Source: Mobula hypostoma
Taxonomy: Eukaryota
Reading direction: 5' to 3'
Assembly: GCF_963921235.1 (NCBI RefSeq)
Contig: NC_086107.1
Location: forward strand, 97,714,001-97,778,000
DNA: 64,000 nt
This document shows positions 9,601 to 21,389 of the stretch, piece by piece. The notes under the pieces are model-generated. The model saw only the letters and a list, made by a program, of their open reading frames with translations, searched no databases and was not told the origin of the DNA. The translations under genes and the position numbers were made by a program. Each line of letters opens with the position of its first letter. Position 1 is the first letter of the stretch.

Positions 9601-12600
9601 TTGGGGGGTGGGAATCAAATTAAAGAGGCTAGGTGTGAGGAGGTTAGTTCACAACAGAGGGATGGGAACCAGTGCAGAGAGACAGAGGGGTGTAAAGTGA
9701 GCGTAGAAGCAAAAAGTACAAAGGGGAAAAGTAAAAGTGGCAGGCCGACAAATCCAGGGCAAGCATTAAAAAGGGCTAAGAGAGTTGTAAAAGAGCGCCT
9801 GAAGGCTTTATGTGTCAATGCAAGGAGCATTTGTAATAAGGTGGATGAATTGAAAGTGCAGATTGTTATTAATGATTATGATATAGTTGGGATCACAGAG
9901 ACATGGCTCCAGGGTGACCAGGGATGGGAGCTCAACGTTCAGGGATATTCAATATTCAGGAGGGATAGACATGAAGGAAGGGGAGGTGGGGTGGCGTTGC
10001 TGGTTAAAAAAGAGATTAACGCAATAGAAAGGAAGGACATAAACCGGGAAGATGTGGAATCGATATGGGTAGAGCTGCGTAACACTAAGGGGCAGAAGAC
10101 GCTGGTGGGAGTTGTGTACAGGCCACCTAACAGTAGTAGTGAGGTCGGAGATGGTATTAAACAGGAAATTAGAAATGTGTGCAATAAAGGAACAGCAGTT
10201 ATAATGGGTGACTTCAATCTACATGTAGACTGGGTGAACCAAATTGGTAAAGGTGCTGAGGAAGAGGATTTCTTGGAATGTATGCGGGATGGTTTTTTGA
10301 ACCAACATGTCGAGGAACCGACTAGAGAGCAGGCTATTCTGGACTGGGTTTTGAGCAATGAGGAAGGGTTAATTAGCGATCTTGTCGTGAGAGGCCCCTT
10401 GGGTAAGAGTGACCATAATATGGTGGAATTCTTCATTAACATGGAGAGTGACGTAGTTAATTCAGAAACAAAGGTTCTGAACTTAAAGAGGGGTAACTTT
10501 GAAGGTATGAGTCGTGAATTAGCTAAGATAGACTGGCAAATGACACTTAAAGGATTGACGGTGGATATGCAATGGCAGGCATTTAAAGGTTGCATGGATG
10601 AACTACAACAATTGTTCATCCCAGTTTGGCAAAAGAATAAATCAAGGAAGGTAGTGCACCCGTGGCTGACAAGAGAAATTAGGGATAGTATCAATTCCAA
10701 AGAAGTAGCATACAAATTAGCCAGAGAAAGTGGCTCACCTGAGGACTGGGAGAAATTCAGAGTTCAGCAGAGGAGGACAAAGGGCTTAATTAGGAAGGGG
10801 AAAAAAGATTATGAGAGAAAACTGGCAGAGAACATAAAAACGGACTGTAAAAGCTTTTATAGATATGTAAAAAGGAAAAGACTGATAAAGACAAATGTAG
10901 GTCCCCTGCAAACAGAAACAGGTGAATTGATTATGGGGAGCAAGGACATGGCAGACCAATTGAATAATTACTTTGGTTCTGTCTTCACTAAGGAGGACAT
11001 AAATAATCTTCCAGAAATAGTAAGGGACAGAGGGTCCAGTGAGATGGAGGAACTGAGCGAAATACATGTTAGTAGGGAAGTGGTGTTAGGTAAATTGAAG
11101 GGATTGAAGGCAGATAAATCCCCAGGGCCAGATGGTCTGCATCCCAGAGTGCTTAAGGAAGTAGCCCAAGAAATAGTGGATGCATTAGTGATAATTTTTC
11201 AAAACTCGTTAGATTCTGGACTAGTTCCTGAGGATTGGAGGGTGGCTAATGTAACCCCACTTTTTTAAAAAGGAGGGAGAGAGAAACCGGGGAATTATAG
11301 GCCGGTTAGCCTAACGTCGGTGGTGGGGAAACTGCTGGAGTCAGTTATCAAGGATGTGATAACAGCATATTTGGAAAACGGTGGAATGATTGGACAAAGT
11401 CAGCATGGATTTGTGAAAGGAAAATCATGTCTGACGAATCTCATAGAATTTTTTGAGGATGTAACTAGTAGAGTGGATAGGGGAGAACCAGTGGATGCGG
11501 TATATTTGGATTTTCAAAAGGCTTTTGACAAGGTCCCACACAGGAGATTAGTGTGCAAACTTAAAGCACACGGTATTGGGGGTAAGGTATTGGTGTGGGT
11601 GGAGAATTGGTTAGCAGACAGGAAGCAAAGAGTGGGAATAAACGGGACCTTTTCAGAATGGCAGGCGGTGACTAGTGGGGTACCGCAAGGCTCAGTGCTG
11701 GGACCCCAGTTGTTTACAATATATATTAATGACTTGGATGAGGGAATTAAATGCAGCATCTCCAAGTTTGCGGATGACACGAAGCTGGGTGGCAGTGTTA
11801 GCAGTGAGGAGGATGCTAAGAGGATGCAGGGTGACTTGGATAGGTTGGGTGAGTGGGCAAACTCATGGCAGATGCAATTTAATGTGGATAAATGTGAAGT
11901 TATCCACTTTGGTGGCAAAAATAGAAAAACAGATTATTATCTGAATGGTGGCCGATTAGGAAAAGGGGAGGTGCAACGAGACCTGGGTGTCATTATACAC
12001 CAGTCATTGAAAGTGGGCATGCAGGTACAGCAGGCGGTGAAAAAGGCGAATGGTATGCTGGCATTTATAGCGAGAGGATTCGAGTACAGGAGCAGGGAGG
12101 TACTACTGCAGTTGTACAAGGCCTTGGTGAGACCACACCTGGAGTATTGTGTGCAGTTTTGGTCCCCTAATCTGAGGAAAGACATCTTTGCCATAGAGGG
12201 AGTACAAAGAAGGTTCACCAGATTGATTCCTGGGATGGCAGGTCTTTCATATGAAGAAAGACTGGATGAACTGGGCTTGTACTCGTTGGAATTTAGAAGA
12301 TTGAGGGGGGATCTGATTGAAACGTATAAGATCCTAAAGGGATTGGACAGGCTAGATGCGGGAAGATTGTTTCCGATGTTGGGGAGGTCCAGAACGAGGG
12401 GTCACAGTTTGAGGATAGAGGGGAAGCCTTTTAGGACCGAGATTAGGAAAAACTTCTTCACACAGAGAGTGGTGAGTCTGTGGAATTCTCTGCCACAGCA
12501 AACTGTTGAGGCCAGTTCATTAGCTATGTTTAAAAGGAAGTTAGATATGGCCCTTGTGGCTACAGGGGTCAGGGGGTATGGAGGGAAGGCTGGGTTCTGA
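9601..12600 (+). CDS. CR1 ORF2p: APE endonuclease and reverse transcriptase, with one in-frame TAA at 11266-11268
   Basis: APE motifs NARS, ITETW, YRPP, GDFN, SDH; RT motifs YLDFQKAFDKV, GVPQGSVLGP, KFADD. ORFs 9601-11268 and 11320-12600 are in the same frame. Confidence 0.92.
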
Positions 12601-13704
12601 GTTGGATGATCAGCCATGATCATAATAAATGGCGGTGCAGGCTCGAAGGGCCGAATGGCCTACTCCTGCACCTATTTTCTATGTTTCTATGTTTCTATTA
12701 CTAAGAATGTGGCTTCGGGATACTTGGAGGTGCGTGATAAAAAAAAAGCCCGAAGTCAGCATGGTTTCCTGAAGGGAAAATCTTTCCTGACAAATCTGTT
12801 GGAATTCTTTGAAGAAATAACAGGCAGGATGGACAAAGAAGAGACAGTGGATATAGTTTATTTAGACTTTCTAGATTTACCTAGATACTAGCATAGATTG
12901 AACATTGTCTGACTGGCAAGGAGGCAAGACTTGAAATTAAGGGGGTGTTTTCTGGTAGAATGCAGGGGTGTTCCACAGGGGTCCGTGTTGGGACCGCTTC
13001 TTTTCTGGTTATGTATCAACGATCTGGATGGCGGAATTGATGGCTTTCTGACAAATTTGCAGACGATACCAAGATAACCGGCGCAAAGATGTGGCAACAG
13101 TTCTGGATGCTTATAGGAAGGAAACTGACCAGAATAATATCACAATTAGAATTAGGTTTACTCTCAATGGCAGGGTGTTTTTGAGGCAACAGTAAAGTGC
13201 AAAGGTATAACATTCCTATAAATATCAGAAAATAAAATACTGCAAAAGAATAATGAGGAAGTCTTCAAGGATCGTTCAGAAATATCTAAAGATTCAGAAG
13301 TAAATTTATAGTCAAAGTTTACGGCCCTGAAATTCACCTTCCCCACAGACAGCCATGAAGAAAGAAAATCCATGGAACCCGCCCGTTCGAAGAAAAACAT
13401 CAAGCTTCAAACGCAACACAAAAGAAGCTAAGACTTTTGCACAGTACTGAAACATTTGACTCGTTCAAAGAAAACATCAAGTACCCAATGCGCAAAAAAA
13501 AAGAACAAATCATGTAAACAGCAAAGAAAGAGAGAATAACACACAGAAACATCAAACCGCAGAGTTCTTGAAACAGCCTGGGAATGTTCAGTTCAGTTCA
13601 GTTCAATTTAGCTCTGTTTCGATCGCTGATTGCAGGCCGCAGAGACAGTCCACATCAAAGTGCCCTGATCAAAATTGCGCAAAATAGCAAAAAAAAAGGA
13701 GTAA

Positions 13705-14258
13705 AGCAACACTTTCAGTACGCTGGATGAACTCAGCAGGTCGGGCAGCATCAGTCAGAAATGATGAGTCGACGTTTCGGGCTGGAACCCTTCGTCAGGA
13801 TTGAAGAATGAAAGATGGGGAAGGATTTGAAGAATGCTTGTAGCGTCAGTTGAAAGACCAGTAATTTGAAAGACAAAGGAGTGGGGGAGGGGAAGCAATG
13901 ACGTCATAGCCCTGAAAACAATGGGTAGTAGAAGAAGGAGGCAGAACCATGAGGGAGCTGGGGGAGGGGGCAGAGTCAAATAGGGATAGAAGAAGGGAGG
14001 GGGAGGGAATTACTGGAAGTTGGAGAATTCTATGTTCATACCAAGGGGCTGGAGACTACCTAGACGGTATATGAGGTGTTGCTCCTCCAACCTGAGTTTA
14101 GCCTCATCATGGCAGTAGAGGAGGCTATGTATGGACATATCTGAATGGGAATGGGAAGCAGAGTTGAAGTGGGTGGCTACCGGGAGATCCTGTCTGTTGT
14201 GGCAGATGGAGTGGAGGTGCTCGACGAAGCGGTCCCCCAATCTGCATCGGGTTTCACC
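13705..14258 (-). mobile_element. Penelope-like element 3' fragment (GIY-YIG plus terminal repeat)
   Basis: Peptide GETRCRLGDRFVEHLHSIC..DLPVATHFNSASHSHSDMSIH..RLEEQHLIYRLGSLQPLGMNIEFSNF. Confidence 0.88.
13766..13803 (-). ncRNA. Minimal type I hammerhead ribozyme motif (Penelope terminus)
   Basis: Minus strand reads CAATC-CTGACGA-AGGG-TTCCAG-CCC-GAAA-CG-TC-GACTC: intact core, stem II and GUC site; stem I imperfect. Confidence 0.65.
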
Positions 14259-14830
14259 TCCACTCCGTCCGCCACAATGGGGTGAGCAGAATGGATCCAA
14301 ATTAGGGCTGCTTAGTCATGGATGCAGCTGCTGAAGATCTCCTTCTGCCTCAGTCCAAGAGCCCAATGACTGAATGAACCACCCACCACCCAACGTGCAA
14401 GCTCGTGACTTCTTTCAGTCCTCACGATCCTACCCCCTTCACCACCTAGTGATCACCAAGGGACTTATTCTGGGAGGTTGGGGTGGATTCCCTTAATGGA
14501 GAATGCCTGAGTTTGACCTTGCTTGAAGTGGGGAGGCTAATTCACGGGCAGCCACCACGCAGTCCTTTACAGATCAGAGTCAGGGTCCGGTGACACGGAA
14601 AACAAGACAACTGGGACCCTTCGCTGCTGCAGTCTTCCTCCGCCCTCACTGCCATTCTGACGTGTCATCATCTTCCACCTGCTCCACCATCAAGGTCGTC
14701 ATTGGATCGCAGTTTGTCTGAAACCTCCCACTTGATCTTAACAACATGACCTTACTTCTCTGAGGACCATCACCTTGCCATGGCGAAGAGTTCCTGAGAG
14801 CAAAGACGTCTGCAGTTCAGCTCTGGGTAG

Positions 14831-15664
14831 TGTCATGCGACCAGCAACAATGAATATAGAATTGAGTCAGGTTTTATAAACAAATAAACATTTATTAAAC
14901 TCTGCTCAAAATTAGTAAAAGGACAAACAAACGAAAACCTTAACCAGAAGTAAACTGCTATGCGGCCATTTAACAAACCGCTAAACTCAGTACCAGTTCT
15001 TAAAGCGGTAAATGCGAACACAGTATTAAAGTGGTAAATTGGAACACAGTTCTTAGAATGGTAAATTTGAAAGTCCAAGATATTTATACAGTCAATTAGG
15101 AGAGACTTCCCTGACGTAAAGAATCCCTTGAAGACACGACGTCACTGCCGATCCCAGCCGGAACCTGCCTTGTCCGCAGGACTCACGACAACGGAAATAA
15201 AACGGTTTAAAGGCTCTGACCTTTTCCTCTAGAAACTAGGTACTGCACAACCTTTCTGCTGCTTTTAGCAGAGGTTATCTCATGCAGATCACTCTTACTT
15301 GAACGAATTCAATAATAGCCAATCCTCCCCAAAACCGCCAAATGACTCCTTCAGGTTCCCGTCTTCACTCTGCAATACCACTGAAAAGGTACATCAACAA
15401 ATCTGGCAGCTATTGGTGAAACTGCCCACCCAACACTTCTGTACCTTACAATGGAAAGTAAAACTCCGTTTTAAAACTCTACTGCATCATGTGACTAATA
15501 TGCAGTGTAGCGGAGTATCTGACTGACGATCTAACTGAAAACTAACTGTGTCACCAGGGGTCTACACTTATATACCTGGTGAGAACAGGTCATCACGTGA
15601 CCTTTGCAAGACCATTACATCATCCTCATAAGACAGTCACAAGATATCCATGAGGTATGTAACA
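14831..15664 (-). mobile_element. Solo LTR (834 bp)
   Basis: TGT...ACA termini; 4-bp TSD GTAG (14827-14830 and 15665-15668); minus-strand TATA-like motif near 15570 and AATAAA near 14893. Confidence 0.85.
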
Positions 15665-16236
15665 GTAGGGTCAAGCAGACAAGGACATCCACACATACAC
15701 ATACCCTGAGCACACATACATGGACACTATAAAGACCTACTTCCTCTGTTGAATCCCCTTCTATAGACCCACCATTTCTGTGAGAAAAAGTCGCCCCTCA
15801 GGTCCCCTTTAAGTAAGTTACCCTCCCTATCTAAATCTATACCTTCCCCTACTCTTCAAGAAAGACCACGATCGTCCATCTTCTCTACACCCCTCATGAT
15901 TTACATTCTTCTGTAAGGTTATCCTCAGTACACACTATATATTCCAACTGTGGCCTCACTAGCATCTTGGTGACGTCCCAGTTCATGCAGCTAATGCCCT
16001 AGCCAATGAAGGCACATGTGCCAAGTGCCATCTTCACCAGCCTCTCTACCTGCATCCTCACCAAAATTTGTGGTACAATAGACAGTGAAGGCAGTTATCT
16101 AAGATCTCAACAGAGTCTAGATCAACTGGGAAAATGGGCCAAGGAATGGCAGATGGAGTTTAACTCCGTCAAGAGTGAGGTGTTGCATTTTTGGTCATTT
16201 CAATCAGGCAGGATATCCCATTAGGAGAATTCTGGT

Positions 16237-17175
16237 CAAGATGGCGAACAACGATTCTTCAGGTGACATCTTCCAGATAGTCAATTATTTCACTTTTTCT
16301 ACATCTTTTACTTATTCTTTCTATCTTAATTGTGTTTCAGAAACTGTTGGAGCCTGCAACTTACAGTTTGATCAAATGATCTAGTACTGTGCTGTCCCCA
16401 AAAGAAATTTCAGGAGAGGACCGCGAGCGCAAGTTGTCTCGAGCAGGAGACCAGAGACGGGGTGCGGAGCCATGATTGACTCCACTTATCGCTGATTGAA
16501 ATGTTGTTGAAGATTGAAACATCGAGGCAAATGCAGAGGAGGGCAGGTCAGTGGTTGCTCTTCATGGATCAGGAGGCCATGTCAGGCCAGAGGTCGGTGG
16601 TCGCTCCCCACGGAAGGACTGAGTTCGAGCTGTCATTCCCTTTAATGCTGATGGAGGATGTTTTCGAAATTTGGAGACACACTGTATGCGATTATCAGTA
16701 TGGACTGCAGTTTATATTGGTCTCCTTCACTTTTTCTGTGTTTTCTTTCTTGTTGCTGATTGGCGGGTGGGTGATATGTTACCTTTTTTGGGTGATAGAG
16801 GGGTTGGGAATTTAGGGTCTGATGTTTTTGTTGGTGATTTTTCTTGTGAGCAATTTGTTAGATTTTTGTGTGTGAGAGAGGGGTTGGGGGTTTGATGTTA
16901 TTGTTGCTGGTTTTTTGTATGAGGGTGCTTGAGGGTTAGGGGTTTTAGCTGCCAAGTCTGGGTGGGTGATCTGTTAGCTTTTCTGTGAGGGAGGGGTTGG
17001 GGGGGTTCGGGGTTTGCAAGCTCTGTTTCTTTTTCTTTTTCACGAGGGGGAGGGGTTGGTGTATCTTCTTTCAATGACTGTCATGGTTTTTCTGTAGTGC
17101 ATGGCTATCTGGAGAAGATGAATCTCAGAGTTGTATTCTGTGTACATACTTTGATAATGAAATGAACCTTTGAAC
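16237..17175 (+). mobile_element. Non-autonomous LINE-derived element (AAGATGGCG head, Rex-type tail)
   Basis: Starts CAAGATGGCG; ends GGCTATCTGGAGAAGATGAATCTCAGAGTTGTA...TTTGATAATGAA; similar tails near 23880, 31600 and 32750. Confidence 0.55.
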
Positions 17176-17243
17176 ATGCTTGGTGAATGTCAGGGCCCTG
17201 GAGAGTGCCATAGACCTGGAAGACATTGTGGTACAAGTACATA

Positions 17244-17943
17244 CAGAACTGTGCAAAAGTCTTCGGCACGTATTTATAGCCAGGGTGCCTAAGACTTTTG
17301 CAGAGTAACGTATTTGTCAACGTGGAGCAGACAGTGAGTTTGTAAATCTGGCAGGAGCAAAGGATGTTGAGAATGGTGATGGCGGAGCACCGCGGGATGG
17401 GTGTGGGTCAGGTGGAAGAGAAGGAGTGCCGGGGCGGGGGATGGTGCAGGTGCAGACACACCAGGCCTGAGACACCAGGCAAACGAATTTGACTTCAAAC
17501 ACTTGGTTTATTGATCATTGCAGAATGCCTCTCTGGTGCTTCCAGCTCCCTCCCCTCTCCCTTCCCCTTTTCCCAACTATGATCCCCCTTTCCCACTCTC
17601 CATCAACAATAGAGACCCATATCAGAACAGATTTATCATCACTCACCTATGTCATGATTTTTTTTTGCAGCAGCAGTACAGAGCAACACATAAAATCACT
17701 ACAGCACTGTGCAAAAGTCTCCAGCACAATGTCTCAGGCTGAGATCGTCTGCGCCCAGCTCAGTCCCATCCCTGGCACTCCCCTTCCTTGCCACCTGTCC
17801 CATACACCTCCTGCCAAGCTCCACCCTTGCCACTCCCAACTTGTTTTGCTCCCACCAGACTTACAAGCTCTCTCTCCGCTCCACGACGACAGATACCATA
17901 CTGAACAAAGGTTTTAGACACCCTCGCTGTTTGCACAGTACTG
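17244..17943 (-). mobile_element. Composite Tc1/mariner-like non-autonomous element (hairpin MITEs plus cargo)
   Basis: TA-flanked TIR related to CAGTACTGTGCAAAAGTCTTAGGCAC at 17244, 17702 and ~17900-17943; cargo matches 40468-40848 and 63068-63353 in reverse. Confidence 0.7.
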
Positions 17944-18115
17944 TAGGCAGGTGTCCTAGGAACACATCACTTTGGCCCAGGATTCCCTGTGATACACTGG
18001 TGGATGTTGTCTGCTGCAGCCCGATCATAGCCCACATTAAGATTGATTTGCACTTGGCCTAGTGCTCTATCGAACTGTCTCTTTGCCTTGCTGTTGGTCT
18101 GTTGCCTCTTCTCTT

Positions 18116-18803
18116 AGGAGGGAGGAGAAGATGGTGGCACAACGCAGCTCGCAGCGGCCACTCTGATGGTGATGTCTGGTATTTGTCAAGTAGGATGCCG
18201 TGCACAATCCTGATTTGATGGAGACAGACGTGAGAGCACCGAGGAACATCTGGTAAAACTTCTGAAATGCCTGCTTCGCTGCCGCTGCTACTGTGTGATC
18301 CAGAATCTCCGGAGGGGAAGGCCCCGAGTCCTCGGCTTTGCTTGTTGCTCAGCGGCCGGGGTGGAGTCGAAGTGCTCGGCAGAGGTTGGCGCTCGGTGCT
18401 CAGTGTCGGAGGGCTGGTCGGAGGCTCAAAGTTTTCAGATGGACTCAGAGTCCGCTGCGGTCAGGTGCTTCCAATGGTGCTCCATCGGCAAGTTCGCAGC
18501 GCTTGGAGGTTCATGGCAGGAAAAGTTTCTCCCTTCTGCCGTCTGCGTGAGATGATGAGGCTATCGGCACTTTGAGACTTTTTTTTACCGTGCCCATGGT
18601 CTGTTCTTTATCAAATTACGGTATTGCTTTGCACTGTTGTAACTATATGTTATAATTATGTGGTTTTGTCAGTTTTAGTCTTGGTTTGTCCTGGCTTTCT
18701 TGCGATATCATTCTGGAGGAACATTGTATCATTTTTTACTGCAAGCCTTTCTAAATGACAATAAATGAGGACTGAGTATCCTCATCATCTAATAATCTAA
18801 TCT
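18116..18803 (+). mobile_element. Non-autonomous LINE-derived element with (CTAAT)n tail, copy 1
   Basis: Colinear with 45873-46559; AAGATGG(T/C)GG head; TGACAATAAA...CTAATCTAA tail. Confidence 0.7.
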
Positions 18804-19599
18804 CTCCGTTTTCCATTTTGCCCTTGTGCTCTATTTCCTCTATTACTTGGGGTACTCCATCCTTCAGGCTCTCTTATTGTTACTACAGCAACAGAAGACT
18901 ACCACTCGGCCCACTGGGACCGTGCCGGCCCCTGCAAAAAATCCCTCCAGTCCCATTCAGCATTGCTTGGTTGCCCTCTACCCCTGCGACCTATTCTCTC
19001 TCACCTCCCCTGACACTCTGTTCCGTTAACCCACACAAAAATGTGAGTGACAGCAGCCAATAGACCGGTTGGTATATGGAAGGCAAAGGACATGCAGAGA
19101 AAACCCACACTGTCCTAGAGAGAATGTGGCGACTCCGCACAGCCAACACCCAGTGCCAGGATTCCCTTTAGCCAGAGGGCCGTGAGTCTGTGGAGTTTAT
19201 TGTGGAGGCCAAGTCACTGGGTCTATTAATTAATTTACTTATTTATTGAGATACAGCACAGAACAGGCCCTTCCAGCCTTTCGAACCGTGCCTCCCTGCA
19301 ATCCCCCAATTTAATCTGACCCTAATCACGGGATAATTTGCCCCACCAATATGATGAATTGAGACGGAGGCTTGGGCCAACACCGGCCTGCTCTGAGGAT
19401 TCAGATCAATTTGGTTCAGAATGCTATTGCTTGCTTCTGCTGTTTGCATGATTTGTGTTTTTTTTCCCTTTTTCCCTGTGCATCGGGTGTTGGTCTGTTT
19501 TTAAATTTGGTTATTTCAGGTTTCTTGCTTTGTGGCTGCCTGTAAGCAGACAAATCTCAAGGTTGTATAATATTCTTCGAAAGTAAGTGTATTTTGAAT

Positions 19600-19786
19600 T
19601 TTTTAATTTACGATTAACCTACCGACCGGTGCATCGTTGGACCGTGGGAGGAAACCAGAGCACCTGGAGGAAATCCACGCAGTTACGGGGAGAACGTACA
19701 AACTCCTTACAGGCAGCAGCGGGAACTGAACCTGGTTCGCCTGCACTGTAAAGCGTTGTGCTCACCACTGTGCTACTGTGCCACCC
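19600..19786 (-). mobile_element. V-SINE (HE1-like); its 3' part at ~19225-19340 is displaced by an insertion
   Basis: tRNA-like head GGTGGCACAGTAGCACAGTGG and V-domain on the minus strand. Confidence 0.75.
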
Positions 19787-19994
19787 CAATGGCCCCAGAT
19801 CAAAACTGAGTAGAGGTTGATAGGTTCTCGATTAGTTCGGGCATCAAAGGTTACTGGGAGAAGGCAGGAGAGTGGGGTTGAGAGGGATAATGAATCAGCC
19901 ATGATGGAATGGTGGAGCAGATTTGACGGGCTGAATGGCCTAATTCTGCTCTTATGGTCTTTGGAGCAATGAGGCACAGTCTGCTGTGATATCA

Positions 19995-20512
19995 GACCAT
20001 TCTGCTTCCCACTCCCATTCAGATATGTCCATACATGGCCTCCTGTACTGCCATGATGAGGCTAAACTCAGGTTGGAGGAGCAACACCTCATATACCGTC
20101 TAGGTAGTCTCCAGCCCTGTGGTTGAACATAGAATTCTCCAGCTTCCGGTAATTCCCTCCCCCTCCCTTCACCTATCCCTATTTCACTCTGCCCCCTCCC
20201 CCAGCTGCCTACCACCTCCCTCTTGTTTCCGCCTCCTTCTACTACCCATTGTGTTTTCCCCTGTTCCTCCTTCACCTTTCCTGCCCATCACCTCCCTGCC
20301 TCCCCTCCCCCACCCTTTATCTTTCCCCTTGCTGGTTCTTCACCTGGAACCTCCCAGCCTTCTCCTTCCCACCCTCCCCCACCTTCTTTACAGGGCCTCT
20401 GCCCCTTCCCTCTTCAGTCCTGACGAAGGGTTCCGGCCTGAAACGTCAACCGATCTTTCCCACAGATGCTGCCCGGCCTGCTGAGTTCCTCCAGCGTGTT
20501 GTGAGTGTTGCA
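19995..20512 (+). mobile_element. Penelope-like element 3' fragment with hammerhead motif (20415-20452)
   Basis: Near copy of 13705-14258 in opposite orientation; CAGTC-CTGACGA-AGGG-TTCCGG-CCT-GAAA-CGTC. Confidence 0.85.
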
Positions 20513-21389
20513 TCCTCCTTCCTCCTGAGGTCATGTATAATGATGGAGACATCAAATGCACGTGTTATTGCAATACGTGTGGTTGATATGTGGTAACGGG
20601 AAAACTGAGGTAACCAGAGATAAGCCACAGCAGTTCTGTTTACTGTGCCCAACCTTTGCTTTCGGGTAAATGGGCGAGTCAGTCAGACACAACTCACTGT
20701 GCCAAGCAGGAAGACCCGATCTCAAACTCCATCTCAGTGGCTGATTTCACTGCTGTGCTCAGGGCAAGGACCCAGCCCCAGTGTCTGATCTAACGCTGAC
20801 TCCATTCACACACCGGGCATGAGTGAGTCCCCTGCACATAGCTGAGCTCTCCTCCGAGCCCACCCCCACCCACAGGGGCGGCCCTCGCTCTCCACCCTGT
20901 CCTGCTGAACTGCCTCCTTCCCTCACCGATCCCTGCTTTCACTCCATTCCACTCCACCTCTCTCCCTCCACCCTTCCCTTTCTTTCAGTACGAGCAGCTG
21001 AGGACCGCGGTTGATGCCAGCCGCCAGCTGGTTCAGCAGAGCCCGCGGGCGAGCGCTGGCTGCTGGAGAGGGCGGGCTGTGGGAACGAGCAGGCGCTGAG
21101 GGCATTGGAGTCCCAGTGGGCACACACCATTAGCAGCACAGCCTCCTCCAGCCGTCGCGAGTTTCTCCCCAGATCGCAGCCTTTCCTCTCCCCACCACTG
21201 ACATGGCAAAAGTTAATAAAGCAAGCAGCTCTTTCCCTGCCGCTTTCAGAAAGACAGGAACAGGAGGAGGAGGAGGAGATGGAAAAGGAAAGGCAAATGC
21301 AGGTGGAATAAGCAGAGAGATACGAATGGGGGTGAAGAGAAGAGGGATAGAGTCTGCATCTTCTAAACCTCAGAGCCTTTTTGACAAGT

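Larger units (their letters stand above)
8592..12700 (+). mobile_element. Near full-length young CR1 LINE
   Basis: ORF1 plus ORF2; 3' stem GGTGCAGG...CCTGCACC; (TTTCTATG)n tail; TATTA at 8587-8591 and 12696-12700 as candidate TSD. Confidence 0.95.
8444..13095 (+). mobile_element. Older CR1 fragment (8444-8591 and 12701-13095) split by the young CR1 insertion
   Basis: Left part PENWKIANVTPLF..NYRPV..VGKMLKFI rejoins the right part TKNVASGYLE..SQHGFLKGKSFLTNLLEFFE when the insert is removed. Confidence 0.8.

Noticed and set aside
11260..11272. Frameshift splitting CR1 ORF2
   Set aside because: Both ORFs are in the same frame; the lesion is a single in-frame stop.
9939..12218. Antisense ORFs over the CR1
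   Set aside because: Shadow ORFs of the sense coding frame, with no independent motifs.
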